A stretch of 64,000 bases of DNA from an uncultured Frigidibacter sp. (GCA_964553145.1 CAZKJZ010000001.1:4578-68577), one strand, 5' to 3'; shown: positions 20,688-30,790, counted from the stretch's first letter. The notes: generated from the sequence alone by a model not told the origin. A program made the numbers and translations.

Positions 20688-21719
20688 ATGAGGCTGTTTG
20701 TTGGATTGGATGTGTCGCGGGCGAAGGCTGCGATCTGCGTGATCAGCGAGCATGGGAAGATCATGAAAGAGGCGCAGGTCGCCAGTGAACCGGAAGAATT
20801 GGTGCGTTGGATTGGCGAGCTGGAGGGCAGCATTGCTGCCATCGGGCTCGAGGCTGGTCCCTTGTCTCAGTGGTTGCACCGTGGGCTGACCGCAGCAGGT
20901 CTGGATGTCGTCCTGATGGAAACCCGACAGGTGAAGGGCGCCCTGAAGGCCATGCCGATCAAGACGGATCGGCGAGATGCCGAGGGCATTGCGCGCCTGC
21001 TTCACCTCGGCTGGTTCCGGCCTGTTCACTGCAAATCCGTCTCGGCGCAAGAGGTCCGTGCCGTGCTTGGGGCTCGCAAGGCCGTCCAGCAGGGCATGAT
21101 CGCCTTGGAAATGTCCCTGCGAGGGCTGCTCCGGAACTTCGGGCTCAAGGTTGGCGCCATATCCCGCGGCAGGTTCGAACTTCGCATCCGAGAACTGGCC
21201 GTGGGCAATCCCATGCTTGAAGCTGCGACAGAACCGATGCTCCGGGCGCGGGCATGCTTGCGTCAAGAACTGGCGGGACTGGAGCGCAGTGTCCGCCACT
21301 TGGCTCAGGATGACCTTGTATGCCGTCGGCTGATGTCCATGCCCGGGATCGGCGCAGTTGTCGCCCTGACATTCCGATCCGCTGTTGATGATCCCGCCCG
21401 CTTCACCTCATCGAAAAAGGTAGGACCGTGGGTCAGCCTCACCCCGTCGCGAAACCAATCTGGCGAGCGCGACGTCTCGGGTGGCATCACCAAGGCCGGC
21501 GATGTCAACCTGCGCCGCGCGTTGTGTCAGGCTGCGACCGTCATGATGCACCGTGGGCGTTCGACATGGCTGAGAACATGGGGCGCGCAAGTCGCCCGCC
21601 GCCGTGGCGCAAAACGCGCAATGGTCGCCCTGGCGCGGCGCATCGGGGTGATCCTTCACCGGATGTGGGTTGATGACACCGACTTCCGGTCCGACATCGC
21701 AGTGCCCCATGCGGCCTGA
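20688..21719 (+). CDS. IS110 family transposase/recombinase
   Basis: FVGLDVS, IGLEAG, KTDRRDA, MPGIG, LTP.R.QSGE, VALARR. Confidence 0.95.
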   Translation: MRLFVGLDVSRAKAAICVISEHGKIMKEAQVASEPEELVRWIGELEGSIAAIGLEAGPLSQWLHRGLTAAGLDVVLMETRQVKGALKAMPIKTDRRDAEGIARLLHLGWFRPVHCKSVSAQEVRAVLGARKAVQQGMIALEMSLRGLLRNFGLKVGAISRGRFELRIRELAVGNPMLEAATEPMLRARACLRQELAGLERSVRHLAQDDLVCRRLMSMPGIGAVVALTFRSAVDDPARFTSSKKVGPWVSLTPSRNQSGERDVSGGITKAGDVNLRRALCQAATVMMHRGRSTWLRTWGAQVARRRGAKRAMVALARRIGVILHRMWVDDTDFRSDIAVPHAA

Positions 21720-22028
21720 CGACCTGAGTTCCCAACCGTTGCCTGCCTAAACGCAGGCCTTCGAGGTCCCCCAGGGACGCGGTTCCGATGATGCCGTGGT
21801 CAGGACTGTTGCCGATCCAGATCGAGCACGCCAACGAGATGGGCACACCGGAATTGCATTGAACTAGCATCATGTTGGCAGCCACCGCGCTGACCACGGA
21901 CCGAAGCATGCACCCGGGTTGATCTCAGACGAAGGCGGCAGTGACAGCAGGGCGGCCTAGAAAGAACAGATGTTCAAAACCGCATCCCGGCGGCCGACCT
22001 CGAATGCACAAAACCCCTTGACTGGGAC
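21720..22028 (+). ncRNA. Putative bridge/seek RNA of IS110 copy 2
   Basis: ~300-nt 3' non-coding region with four segments matching the target and donor half-sites (see findings). Exact ends unknown. Confidence 0.75.
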
Positions 22029-22056
22029 GGCCCCGTTACCGAAGTCCTGACTCTAG

Positions 22057-22291
22057 GCCGTGCCGACTTTAGCTGTGCATAAAGGCGGTCAAGATCGCCG
22101 AGGTTCGAGACGCCGGCCGCAGCCGCGCGGGCATTTGGGCCAAGCTCTGATACCACCTTGTTCAGCGCATCCAGCCTGCGGCCGACGACTTAGACGAATG
22201 CGCCCTCGGCGACAAAGCGTTGCACAGCGGCCAGGCCGATGCCGCTGGCACCGCCTGTTACGACGACTGTTTACCTTTCGAGGCTGTACAT
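22057..22291 (-). pseudogene. N-terminal SDR fragment cut by IS5
   Basis: AGGAGG RBS plus ATG, then frameshifted TVVVTGGASGIG.AAVQRFVAEGA, ending at the IS5 CTAG. Confidence 0.75.
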
Positions 22292-22375
22292 TTTGCGGGC
22301 CTCCTTTGTTTGGACCGTGAATGCGTTTCACGACCCAGTTTCCGATTTTCTGAAAGAAGCTGTTGGCCCAGGCGA

Positions 22376-23398
22376 TCAGGCGGAGACCTTGATCACGACC
22401 TTTCCGAAGGGTTTGCCGGAAGCCGCGTATTGGTAGGCGGCCTTTGCGTCCGTCATGCCAAAGACCCGGTCAATCGGCGGCTTTATGCCGTACTGGTCAA
22501 TGAAGGCAACCATGTCTCTGTGCGCCATCGCGCTGCCGACAGCGGTCCCGCGAAGAATGCCTCCCTTCATCATCAGGAAGACAAAATTCGGCGATGCGGC
22601 GGCGTGCTCGTAAAGACCCATCAGTGCGATTTCTCCACCCGGTGCGATCGCGGCGATCGACTGGTCGATTTGGGCGCTGCCTGCGGAATTCACCACGCGG
22701 TCAAATCCACCCGTGCGCCCGGCCGCGACTTCACCCCAGTTCGCGGACATCCGGTAGTTCACTGTATCCGATGCCCCAAGCGCCCGGACCTGTGCAGCCT
22801 TGTCTTCCTGGCTCGTGGTGGCCACGACATCGGCCCCTTTCGCCCTGGCGAAAAGGAGCGCGAACAGCGAGACGGCCCCGGTCCCCGTCACCAGCACCTT
22901 GTCGCCCGCTTCCAAGGGCCGCCGATAGGGGCGGTCGCCGTTCAGAGCGGACCAGGCCGTCAACGCCGCGCATGGCAGGCAGGCGGCTTCCTCGAAGGTC
23001 AGTGATTTTGGCATCGCGGTGATGCGATCCGCCCTGAGGACTGCATATTCCGCCAGCATCCCGTCCTGGCCATCCGACCCGAGACCCCAGCCCTGATCCG
23101 GTGCGGGAGGGCCGTCATGCCAGCTCCGGTAATAGAGGCCGGTCACCCGGTCGCCGACAGACCACCCCGATACATTGGGTCCAAGCGCATCGATCTCGCC
23201 CGCTCCATCGGCGAGCGCGATGAAGTCACCGCCCGGCACACCATAGGCACCGTTGATGAGGAGATGGTCGCGCGCATTGATCGACACGGCGTGAACCTTG
23301 ATCCTGACCTCTCCCGGCCCGGGATCGGGGCGGGAAACCTCTTCGCTGACCAACCCGACCAGAGAGGTTGCACCAGCCTTCACAATCCAGCGTTTCAT
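22376..23398 (-). CDS. NAD(P)-dependent medium-chain oxidoreductase (Zn-independent type)
   Basis: PGPGEV, DGAGE, DGMLAEY, LPCAALTAWSAL, GTGAVS, FGKVVI. Confidence 0.9.
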   Translation of the reverse strand: MKRWIVKAGATSLVGLVSEEVSRPDPGPGEVRIKVHAVSINARDHLLINGAYGVPGGDFIALADGAGEIDALGPNVSGWSVGDRVTGLYYRSWHDGPPAPDQGWGLGSDGQDGMLAEYAVLRADRITAMPKSLTFEEAACLPCAALTAWSALNGDRPYRRPLEAGDKVLVTGTGAVSLFALLFARAKGADVVATTSQEDKAAQVRALGASDTVNYRMSANWGEVAAGRTGGFDRVVNSAGSAQIDQSIAAIAPGGEIALMGLYEHAAASPNFVFLMMKGGILRGTAVGSAMAHRDMVAFIDQYGIKPPIDRVFGMTDAKAAYQYAASGKPFGKVVIKVSA

Positions 23399-23623
23399 GA
23401 ACTTGTCCTTTCCTTGAAGATGCTGGGACGAAAATAGCCCTGCACCGATTGCGTGATAAGCCAGCGGCGATGAGATGAACGGATGAGCAATATTCATCAA
23501 TTCGACACAGGATCAGGGCGACGGAAGCTTGCGCAGATCAATGCGCCTGCAAACAGCCCGGCCGGGGAACCATTGCTCCCCGGCCAGGCCGCGTCGTTCT
23601 GCCGTGGTGTGACCGGCTTGCTG

Positions 23624-24511
23624 CTATGCCGCAGTGGCAAGCTCAACCAGTTTGCGACGGGCATCCGCGCCCAGCAGCTTTCCGTCATAGACGGTCGTCC
23701 CGCGGGCGATATGTCCCTGTGGCGTCAAGGCAAGTGCGGTTACACCGCTCGGTGCATCGGTTGCGGGTGCTCCGGACCATTCGAAACCTCCGGCATTGCC
23801 TGAGCCCACAACATGCCGCATCCGAGAACCCAGGCCATATGGGGACATTGCGGCGCTGCCACGAAGGTAGCGTTCGATGGCGGAGCGCCCTATGATGTGC
23901 GTTCGCAGCGTCAGGTCCTCCCATGAGGCGTCATAGTCGAAGAGCGAAGCCGCCGCACTTGCGTCTCCGCTGGCAAGTGCCTGCTGCAATGCCGCGCTGG
24001 CATCGGCGATCTTTCCCGAGGGTTTCGTGACGACTTGATCCTCGCCGAAGGTGACGGGAAAGGTTTCGGTGGGCGCGCGCACCTGGGCGCGAAAGGCCTG
24101 GTCGATGGATGACGAGTCCCAATAATCGACCCAGCGCAGGATCTTGCCTGCCCGCACATCGACCGCTGCGATGATGTGCAACAGCTCGTTGCCGACAATG
24201 CCGGGCGTGTTAGTGAACGCCACAAGGGCACTCCCGTCCCCGCCCGAAATGCCGCCGAAGATCGCCGTCGGGTAGGAGCGGCCGTCCCGCCACTGCGGCA
24301 TGGCGGCATGGAATGCCTTTTCGATGGCCACTTTGCCATTCATCGCCCAGCCCAACGGAGCGTCGGAATAGGTGATGGCATCGGAGGAGAAGAATGCAGC
24401 CGTCGAGGCGGCATCGTGGGCTGATTTGGCGGCGAAGTACCCGGCCATCAGATCTGCGGTCTCGGGGTTCGTATGAGCCAGATCAAGCATTGGCGAAACT
24501 GAGAAAGTCAT
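23624..24511 (-). CDS. Tandem SnoaL/NTF2-like domain protein
   Basis: Two repeats of the D...AA.F..DA...D..L....G..AI pattern; GKI.RWVDYWD. Confidence 0.75.
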   Translation of the reverse strand: MTFSVSPMLDLAHTNPETADLMAGYFAAKSAHDAASTAAFFSSDAITYSDAPLGWAMNGKVAIEKAFHAAMPQWRDGRSYPTAIFGGISGGDGSALVAFTNTPGIVGNELLHIIAAVDVRAGKILRWVDYWDSSSIDQAFRAQVRAPTETFPVTFGEDQVVTKPSGKIADASAALQQALASGDASAAASLFDYDASWEDLTLRTHIIGRSAIERYLRGSAAMSPYGLGSRMRHVVGSGNAGGFEWSGAPATDAPSGVTALALTPQGHIARGTTVYDGKLLGADARRKLVELATAA

Positions 24512-24616
24512 TTCCGGTGTTCCTTTCGTGTGAACTTGGTGTGCACGAGGATAGGCGCGCAGGGATTGTGTGATAAGGTATGGGCGGGAGCGCAGTAAGA
24601 TGAACAGGATTCAGCA

Positions 24617-25522
24617 ATGGAGCGAGAAGACCTGCCGAACTTGATGGCCTTCTCAGTCATCGTCGACGAGGGAAGTTTTCGAGCTGCGGCGGCAAAGCTC
24701 AACCTCTCGTCTTCGGCACTCAGCCATGCCATCCGCAAGCTTGAGACGAGGGTGGGCGTCCCGCTGTTGCGTCGGACGACGCGCAGCATCTCGCCGACCG
24801 AAGCGGGTACTGATCTCCTGCGCAGGCTCCGCCCGGCATTCGAGGAAATCGACAGTGGCCTGGAGGAACTGGCGGGCAGGCGTGACCGAATTGCAGGCAC
24901 TGTAAGGATCAACGCCCATCGCAACGCCGTGGCCATGCTGATCCTGCCAAAGCTGAAGAGGCTGCGGGAGAAATATCCCGACCTGAAAGTGGAGCTCGTG
25001 GTCGATGACGGCCTGAGCGACATCGTCGCTGACGGCTGTGATATTGGTGTGCGGTCAGGGAAATTGCTGGCAAAGGACATGATTGCTGTCCGCATCAGTG
25101 GCGACTACCGCACTGCGATTGTTGCGGCACCTTCCTATCTGAAAGACAATCCGCCGCCGCAAAGCCCGGAGGATCTACAAAGACACAGTTGCATTGGCTA
25201 TCGGTATGTGACGTCCAGGGCACTTGCTGCTTGGCAGCTCAGCAAGGACGGTGTCCAGATTGGCGTTGCGATCGTGCCCAGCCTGATCGTCAACGAGATC
25301 GAGATGGCAGTGCGCGCGGCACAGCAAGGGCTGGGACTGGCCAATGTGCTTCGCGAAGCCATCGTCGACAGGATCGAAGCGGGCGAGTTGATCGAGGTGC
25401 TTCCCGAGTGGGCATACGGGGTTTCCGCCGACTATCTTTACTATCCAGGCCGTCGGGCAGTATCACCCGCTATGCGCGCGGTGATCGACCACCTTAAGTG
25501 GCAGCGTGGCGGCAACAGATAG
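24617..25522 (+). CDS. LysR regulator (CrgA-like)
   Basis: GSFRAAA..L..SSSALSHAIRKLE..GV.LL.RTTRS; DIVADG.DIGVR. Divergent from the SnoaL gene. Confidence 0.95.
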   Translation: MEREDLPNLMAFSVIVDEGSFRAAAAKLNLSSSALSHAIRKLETRVGVPLLRRTTRSISPTEAGTDLLRRLRPAFEEIDSGLEELAGRRDRIAGTVRINAHRNAVAMLILPKLKRLREKYPDLKVELVVDDGLSDIVADGCDIGVRSGKLLAKDMIAVRISGDYRTAIVAAPSYLKDNPPPQSPEDLQRHSCIGYRYVTSRALAAWQLSKDGVQIGVAIVPSLIVNEIEMAVRAAQQGLGLANVLREAIVDRIEAGELIEVLPEWAYGVSADYLYYPGRRAVSPAMRAVIDHLKWQRGGNR

Positions 25523-25593
25523 AGCCCTCGGAAGGCAATCAGGTGCCCCGATGTCTTTGCTGCAAATAACATCTCTTGAGGAGAGGAGCCCAC

Positions 25594-26196
25594 ATGACCA
25601 AGGGACGGATTGAGGCGTTCTCGGATGGCGTCATGGCCATCATCATCACCATCACCATCACGGTACTGGAACTGAGAGTTCCCCACGGCGATGACTGGAC
25701 CGCGCTGTGGCCGCTGTGGCCAGTGCTGCTGTGCTATCTGTTGTCTTTTGTCCACGTCGGCATCTATTGGAACAACCATCACAATATGTTCCATGCTGTG
25801 CGTGAGGTCGGTGGCTGGGTGTTATGGGCCAATCTCCACTTCCTGTTCTGGTTGTCGCTACTGCCCTTCGCCACGGGCTTCAAGGGCGGGAATCATTTTT
25901 CTCCGGTGCCTGTATTTCTGTACGCGCTGGTTCTTTTCATGTGCGGGCTGGCCTATACTGCTCTGGTGATCGCCCTTGCCGCACAATAGGGCCAGGAATC
26001 GGACTTCACTTTTGCTGTTAGGGCGGCGCCGAAGGAATGGATTTCGTTGATCAGCTATGTTCTGGCGCTGATTTCTGGGCGGTTTTTCCTTCCATGGGTC
26101 GCGATTGGAATCATCGCCTTTGTCGCGCTGACCTGGTTCATTCCGGACCGACGCTTTGCCAGAAAAGCAACCCGCTCGACCGCAACGCAGTCATAA
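25594..26196 (+). pseudogene. TMEM175-family K+ channel with in-frame TAG
   Basis: RIEAFSDGV, IYWNNHH, LFWLSLLPF. After the TAG at 25987-9 the same frame continues to WFIPDRR and TAA at 26196. Confidence 0.85.
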
Positions 26197-26546
26197 GGCA
26201 AATCATTTTTGCAATCGGTGACTCCCAACAAGACCGGTTTGCCTGTTGTCGCCAGGCGCAGAGCTGAAGGCGGGGCAGCCGGGCGGCACGGATATTTTGC
26301 CATTGACCGCTTGTTTCTGAACGCAAATGGCCCTAACTGAACACTGTCGAAAATGGTGGACCGGTTCTTGGTGAGCCCCGGTCAGCCTGCCCTTCGGGGC
26401 GGGCCTCAATCCAGCCTTCGGGCCGCGGACCACGATGGAAACGGACGCGTTGCGTCTGCTCCGTCGGGGTTTGCTAGACGAATTCCCCGCTGCAGACGTG
26501 GCCGTCCTTGAAATGTGCCGCTTGGCACTATTGAAAGGACAAACGC

Positions 26547-28112
26547 ATGCACGACACTCAGGTCGTCATCATCGGCGGTAGCCTTGTCGGGCTTTCCGCC
26601 GCCGCCTTCCTTGCCCGGCGAGGAGTAAGAACCGTTGTGATCGAGAAACACGAGAGCAGCGCATTGCACCCGCGCGCAACCGGGTTTACCGAACATACAC
26701 TGGAATTCTACCGCGCCCTCGGCATTGCGGATCGGATTCCGGGCGTGGATCCGAATTTCCGCCTGCGACGTGGCAAGGTCGAAAACCTTGCCGGGACTAT
26801 AATCGCCGAGTCCGACTGGACGCCGCCAAAGGCAGTGAGCGCCAAACCAGAACGGCGCCTGTCGCCGGCCAGGATGGCCGCATTCGCGCAGGACAATCTG
26901 GAGCCGATCCTGCGGCACCGGGCGCGCGAGCTGGGCGCAGAGCTTCGGCTTGGAACCGAGATGCTGTCCTTCGATCAGAATGGCGACAGTGTTACGGTCG
27001 AACTCCGCGATCGCGTGACGGGGAGGGAGTATTCCCTCGGTGCGAACTATATGATTGCTGCGGACGGTGCCGAAAGCCGGGTACGTGAGGCGCTTGGAAT
27101 TGAGCGTCGTGGTGTCGGGCATCTGATGAACATTCGTTCGGTCCTGTTCCGCTGCGACGCTGCGGACAAATATCTGGACCGCGGGATCCAGCAGTTCGAG
27201 ATCGAGCAGGACGGGTTCAAGTCTTTCCTGACCACCTACGGCGACGGGCGCTGGGTGCTGATGTTCTACGGCGGCGAACCGAAACCTGCGGGCGATTATG
27301 CTCCCGACATCCGACGTGCGCTCGGGGTTGACCTGCCGTTCGAGATCATAACCTCCGGTTCATGGGATATGGCGGGCCGCATAGCTGACAGTTATTCGAA
27401 GGGCCGGGTCTTCATCGCGGGCGATGCGGCGCACCAATTGCCGCCGACACGCGGCGGTTTCGGTGCCAATACCGGGATCGATGATGTCTGGAACCTCAGC
27501 TGGAAGCTCCAGTTCGTGCTGGATGGAATCTCGGTGCCTTCGCTTCTTGACAGCTATACAGATGAGCGACAGCCGATTGCATGGCTTCGCCACCAGCAGA
27601 CTTTTGCCCGGCCCGACTATGCCAAATATGTCGGCGACGCACTGGTGGGCGAGGTGCTCTATGGCAATGAGGCGATGGAACTGGGACAGCTTCACCGCTC
27701 GGACATCGTTATCGGCGCAGACGACTCACTACCGCCTGCCGCCCACCCCGACGACTGGGCAGGTCAACCCGGTGTGCGTGCGCCGCATCTAACGATTGCG
27801 AGGGACGGGCAGGAACTGTCGACCATCGACCTTTTCACGACCGGCTTCACTCTGCTGACCGAAGAGCCAGCCTGGGCGGAAGCGGCTTTGAAAGCCTCCG
27901 CTGCGCTTGGCGTCCCGTTGACGGCAGTGGTTGTCGGACGTGATATGAGCGTCCTTGGCGACGTCTTGTTCGCCGTCGCCTATGGCACCGGGACAGCAGG
28001 TGCATCTCTGGTACGCCCCGATGGCCTTGTGGCATGGCGTACGGATGGCGCAATTGCGGACAAGCAGGCCGAACTCATGTCCGCGCTGCGCCGGGCCGCC
28101 GCCGTCGCATAA
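26547..28112 (+). CDS. FAD-dependent aromatic/polyketide monooxygenase (class A)
   Basis: IIGGSLVG, IAADG..S.VR, GRVFIAGDAAH..PP.GG.GANTG, PGVRAPH, LVRPDG.VAW. Confidence 0.92.
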   Translation: MHDTQVVIIGGSLVGLSAAAFLARRGVRTVVIEKHESSALHPRATGFTEHTLEFYRALGIADRIPGVDPNFRLRRGKVENLAGTIIAESDWTPPKAVSAKPERRLSPARMAAFAQDNLEPILRHRARELGAELRLGTEMLSFDQNGDSVTVELRDRVTGREYSLGANYMIAADGAESRVREALGIERRGVGHLMNIRSVLFRCDAADKYLDRGIQQFEIEQDGFKSFLTTYGDGRWVLMFYGGEPKPAGDYAPDIRRALGVDLPFEIITSGSWDMAGRIADSYSKGRVFIAGDAAHQLPPTRGGFGANTGIDDVWNLSWKLQFVLDGISVPSLLDSYTDERQPIAWLRHQQTFARPDYAKYVGDALVGEVLYGNEAMELGQLHRSDIVIGADDSLPPAAHPDDWAGQPGVRAPHLTIARDGQELSTIDLFTTGFTLLTEEPAWAEAALKASAALGVPLTAVVVGRDMSVLGDVLFAVAYGTGTAGASLVRPDGLVAWRTDGAIADKQAELMSALRRAAAVA

Positions 28113-28289
28113 CCTAGGAACGCCACCATGCCACAATGTTGGAGTTCCGAACACCACGCCGTGGGACACGATCCGTCCGTGATTGGGGCGTGTTTTACGA
28201 AGTACCTTTATGCTTCGGGCACCCAACAAGACCAGAACGGAGTGCCACTTTGAACCGCGCCGGCAACGTACCCCATGGACTGTACCACG

Positions 28290-28520
28290 GCGTGGCTTGC
28301 TGTCGGTTTCGTGGCCACCGAGATAGGGTGTTTCAGCGGAATCGGAGTTGCCATGGAGTGACGGAAGTTCAGCTACAAGTTCAAGCTTGAGGCGCTGAAA
28401 CTGGTGCGGGATCGCGCGGTGTCGGCATCGCGGGATCTGAATTTTCATTCGGATGTCCTGCGGAATGGGTGCGGGAGATGGAAACCGATCCTGCACAGGC
28501 TTTTCCCAGCCACGGTCCGA
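28290..28520 (+). mobile_element. Degenerate IS3-family left-end/orfA remnant
   Basis: ME*RKFSYKFKLEALKLVRDR from ~28353. Boundaries approximate. Confidence 0.6.
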
Positions 28521-28564
28521 GCGCCGCGCTGTGAGCTTCCGAGACACTCGAACGCACCTCAAGT

Positions 28565-29557
28565 TTAATCGAGCAAAATAAAGTTGGACTCCTGTCGATA
28601 TGTTTGACCCACGTCCAAGTAGGTTGACGGGAAATGAGCGTGGTTCGGTGCGTCGGGCCATGCCTGCGGTTCTATCACCAGTCCAGCATAGCGGCCATAG
28701 GATTTGCCGCCGTGGCCGTGGAAGGGAAAACTTGACATCGAGGCACAATCATAGACCTGAAGGCCTGGTTCGGTTGTCTCGATTCTGAGTCTTGGGCCGC
28801 GCTTGCTTCGAAGCTCCGCTGCGAATGCGAGTGTGGCGGCACGCGAATCTCGGAGACAAAAGTTGTGATCAATGGGCACTGAAGAAGGGAATTTAGCGCC
28901 TTTGCGGAAGTCGAACGGAGTCTCGGATACCGGCAGGATCTCGCCAGTAGGGATCAAGGCGGGGTCGACCGGGGTGTAGTACCCTGCTTGGATCGTAAGA
29001 ACATGGTCTTTTGTGTTCTCGGTCCCATCGAGATTCCAGTAGCCATGATGCGCCAAGTTAATAATCGTTGGTGCGTCCGTGGTCGCCGACATGACCAAAG
29101 AGAGAGTTGAGGACCCAGTAATACAATATTCCACGCGGATTTTGCGATTGCCAGGAAATCCCCCCTGCCCATCGGGCAATGCCACGGACAAGCAAGCATA
29201 TTGCGGGCGGACTCCTTCGACGATCCAAAGCAGTCCCGATAGACCTGTAGACCCACCATGCAGAGTTGTGCAACCGCTCTCATTTGGATCAAAGCGATGT
29301 ACCTGTCCGTCGATAACGGCCCTTGCATTGGCAATCCTATTTGCAACGGGTCCTACGATCGCGCCACAGTAGGAGAGTGGCCCAAGGTAAGCAGCCAAAT
29401 TAGGGCTACCAAGCACCAACGGCCACGGCCGCTCGGCCATCCGGAGATCCTGTAGTATTCCTCCCAGGGTTAGGAGGCATGCGGTTAATCGGCCATTGCT
29501 TATGGTGATTCTGTCGACTTGACGTCCGTCGGGAAGCGCTCCAAATTTCTCGATCAT
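28565..29557 (-). CDS. galM: Aldose 1-epimerase (mutarotase)
   Basis: GPVANRI, LHGG, GFPGN, NLAHH.YWNLDG, IPTG, DHNF, EPQ.WPDAPN. Confidence 0.9.
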   Translation of the reverse strand: MIEKFGALPDGRQVDRITISNGRLTACLLTLGGILQDLRMAERPWPLVLGSPNLAAYLGPLSYCGAIVGPVANRIANARAVIDGQVHRFDPNESGCTTLHGGSTGLSGLLWIVEGVRPQYACLSVALPDGQGGFPGNRKIRVEYCITGSSTLSLVMSATTDAPTIINLAHHGYWNLDGTENTKDHVLTIQAGYYTPVDPALIPTGEILPVSETPFDFRKGAKFPSSVPIDHNFCLRDSRAATLAFAAELRSKRGPRLRIETTEPGLQVYDCASMSSFPFHGHGGKSYGRYAGLVIEPQAWPDAPNHAHFPSTYLDVGQTYRQESNFILLD

Positions 29558-29734
29558 CGGTTCTCCAATCTGATCTTGTGCCTTCGCTCGGATGCGTGTT
29601 TCGCCGATGTCCTGCTTCAACGTCGCCACGTATTCGGCTCGCCACTCTTGCGATATGAAGCAGACAACGCCCGCCCCAGTGAAGCTGGTGGTTGCCTTTT
29701 GGCAGCCTCAAACTGTCCCTGCATTAAGTGTGGG

Positions 29735-30790
29735 TCAGGCTCGGCTATTTGCGTCGGTTCTTCTTACGGGCCTATGGACTGATCGCCTCCGGATGACCGG
29801 GCAGGGCATAAGCATCTGTTTTGGTTTCAACTTTTCACGCACCTTCCGAGCCTGGATAATGCGCTCAACAGCCCATCCGGCCATCTCGGTATGGGGAAGT
29901 TCGATTGTGGTCAGACCAGTTGGAAAGAGCGAAGACGCGAATGGGTCGTTGTCGAAGCCAACAATCGAAAGGTCCGCAGGCACATTAAGTCCTCGTTCCC
30001 TTGCTGCTTCCAGCGCACCGAGCGCTACTCGGTCGTTAAAACAGAAAAGCGCTGTTGGTGGGTCAGGTAGATCCAGCAATTCATGCGCTCCCGCGCGGCC
30101 CCCTGCGACGCTCGAACCTTGCGATTGGACTAGGTCGGGATCGATTGCCTTGCCGCTCTCCTTAAGTTCGTCGTACCATCCAGCCTGCCTGAGCTTGGAG
30201 GCCTCAAGCCATGACTCGCCCGCCAAGTGTCCGATCCGTTCATGCCCGGAGGAAACCAATACTCGTGTTGCCGATCGTCCTCCACCATAGTCGTCAGGGC
30301 GCACGGAAGAGAAAGCAGCGTGTTCGTCGTAGCAGTTGAGCAGCACCACGGGTATGTCCGAAGTCGCTTTTGGGATCTCCACCTGCCTCGTAAGGAGCGT
30401 GGCATAGATTATCCCGATCACGGGTAGGCTAATCATTGCCTGGATTGCTGCCTCTTCGATCTGGGCCTGGCTCCTGGTCGTGATGACACTGACCACGCAT
30501 TGGTGTTCCCAAGCTGCTTCACGGGCACCCTCCAGAAGTGGAGCCGCGAAGGGACTTGCCGCAACATCATCGATGATCATTGCGATGACCGAACCAAGGC
30601 GCTCGTCTGCCCGTATCCGTGCCGCACGGCGATAGCCGATCTTGTCGGCGGCCGCTAGAACCCGTTCGCGGGTCAAATCGGAGACTCGAGCACCTGCCAC
30701 CCCATTTAGAACAAGGGAAACAGTAGCTTGGGAGACGCCAGCTTCAACCGCGACCTCTTGAAGCGTTAGTGCTCGCTTTCTTCTTGTCAT
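29735..30790 (-). CDS. LacI family regulator
   Basis: TLQEVA..AGVS.ATVS.VLN, PTALFCFND, VPADLSIVGFD. Confidence 0.95.
   Translation of the reverse strand: MTRRKRALTLQEVAVEAGVSQATVSLVLNGVAGARVSDLTRERVLAAADKIGYRRAARIRADERLGSVIAMIIDDVAASPFAAPLLEGAREAAWEHQCVVSVITTRSQAQIEEAAIQAMISLPVIGIIYATLLTRQVEIPKATSDIPVVLLNCYDEHAAFSSVRPDDYGGGRSATRVLVSSGHERIGHLAGESWLEASKLRQAGWYDELKESGKAIDPDLVQSQGSSVAGGRAGAHELLDLPDPPTALFCFNDRVALGALEAARERGLNVPADLSIVGFDNDPFASSLFPTGLTTIELPHTEMAGWAVERIIQARKVREKLKPKQMLMPCPVIRRRSVHRPVRRTDANSRA

Larger units (their letters stand above)
20586..22044 (+). mobile_element. IS110-family (IS1111-type) element, complete
   Basis: Sub-terminal 11-bp IRs GTAACGGGGCC (20591-20601) and GGCCCCGTTAC (22029-22039). 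AG core at 20584-5 and 22043-4. Outward-facing TTGACT at 22018. Confidence 0.9.
19740..22056 (+). mobile_element. IS5-family element with an IS110 nested in its right IR
   Basis: CTAGGGTCAGGAC (19740-19752) and GTCCTGACTCTAG (22044-22056) are inverted with one mismatch. Confidence 0.85.

Noticed and set aside
1926-25989. Stop-codon recoding suggested by single in-frame TAGs in the ISL3 and TMEM175 genes
   Set aside because: Intact genes here end in TAG at their expected C-termini (e.g. 18870, 25522, 38335), and both affected genes carry other lesions, so ordinary decay is simpler.
27789-28748. 319-aa minus-strand ORF
   Set aside because: It spans the antisense of the monooxygenase, an IS3 remnant and the galM tail, with no coherent domain.
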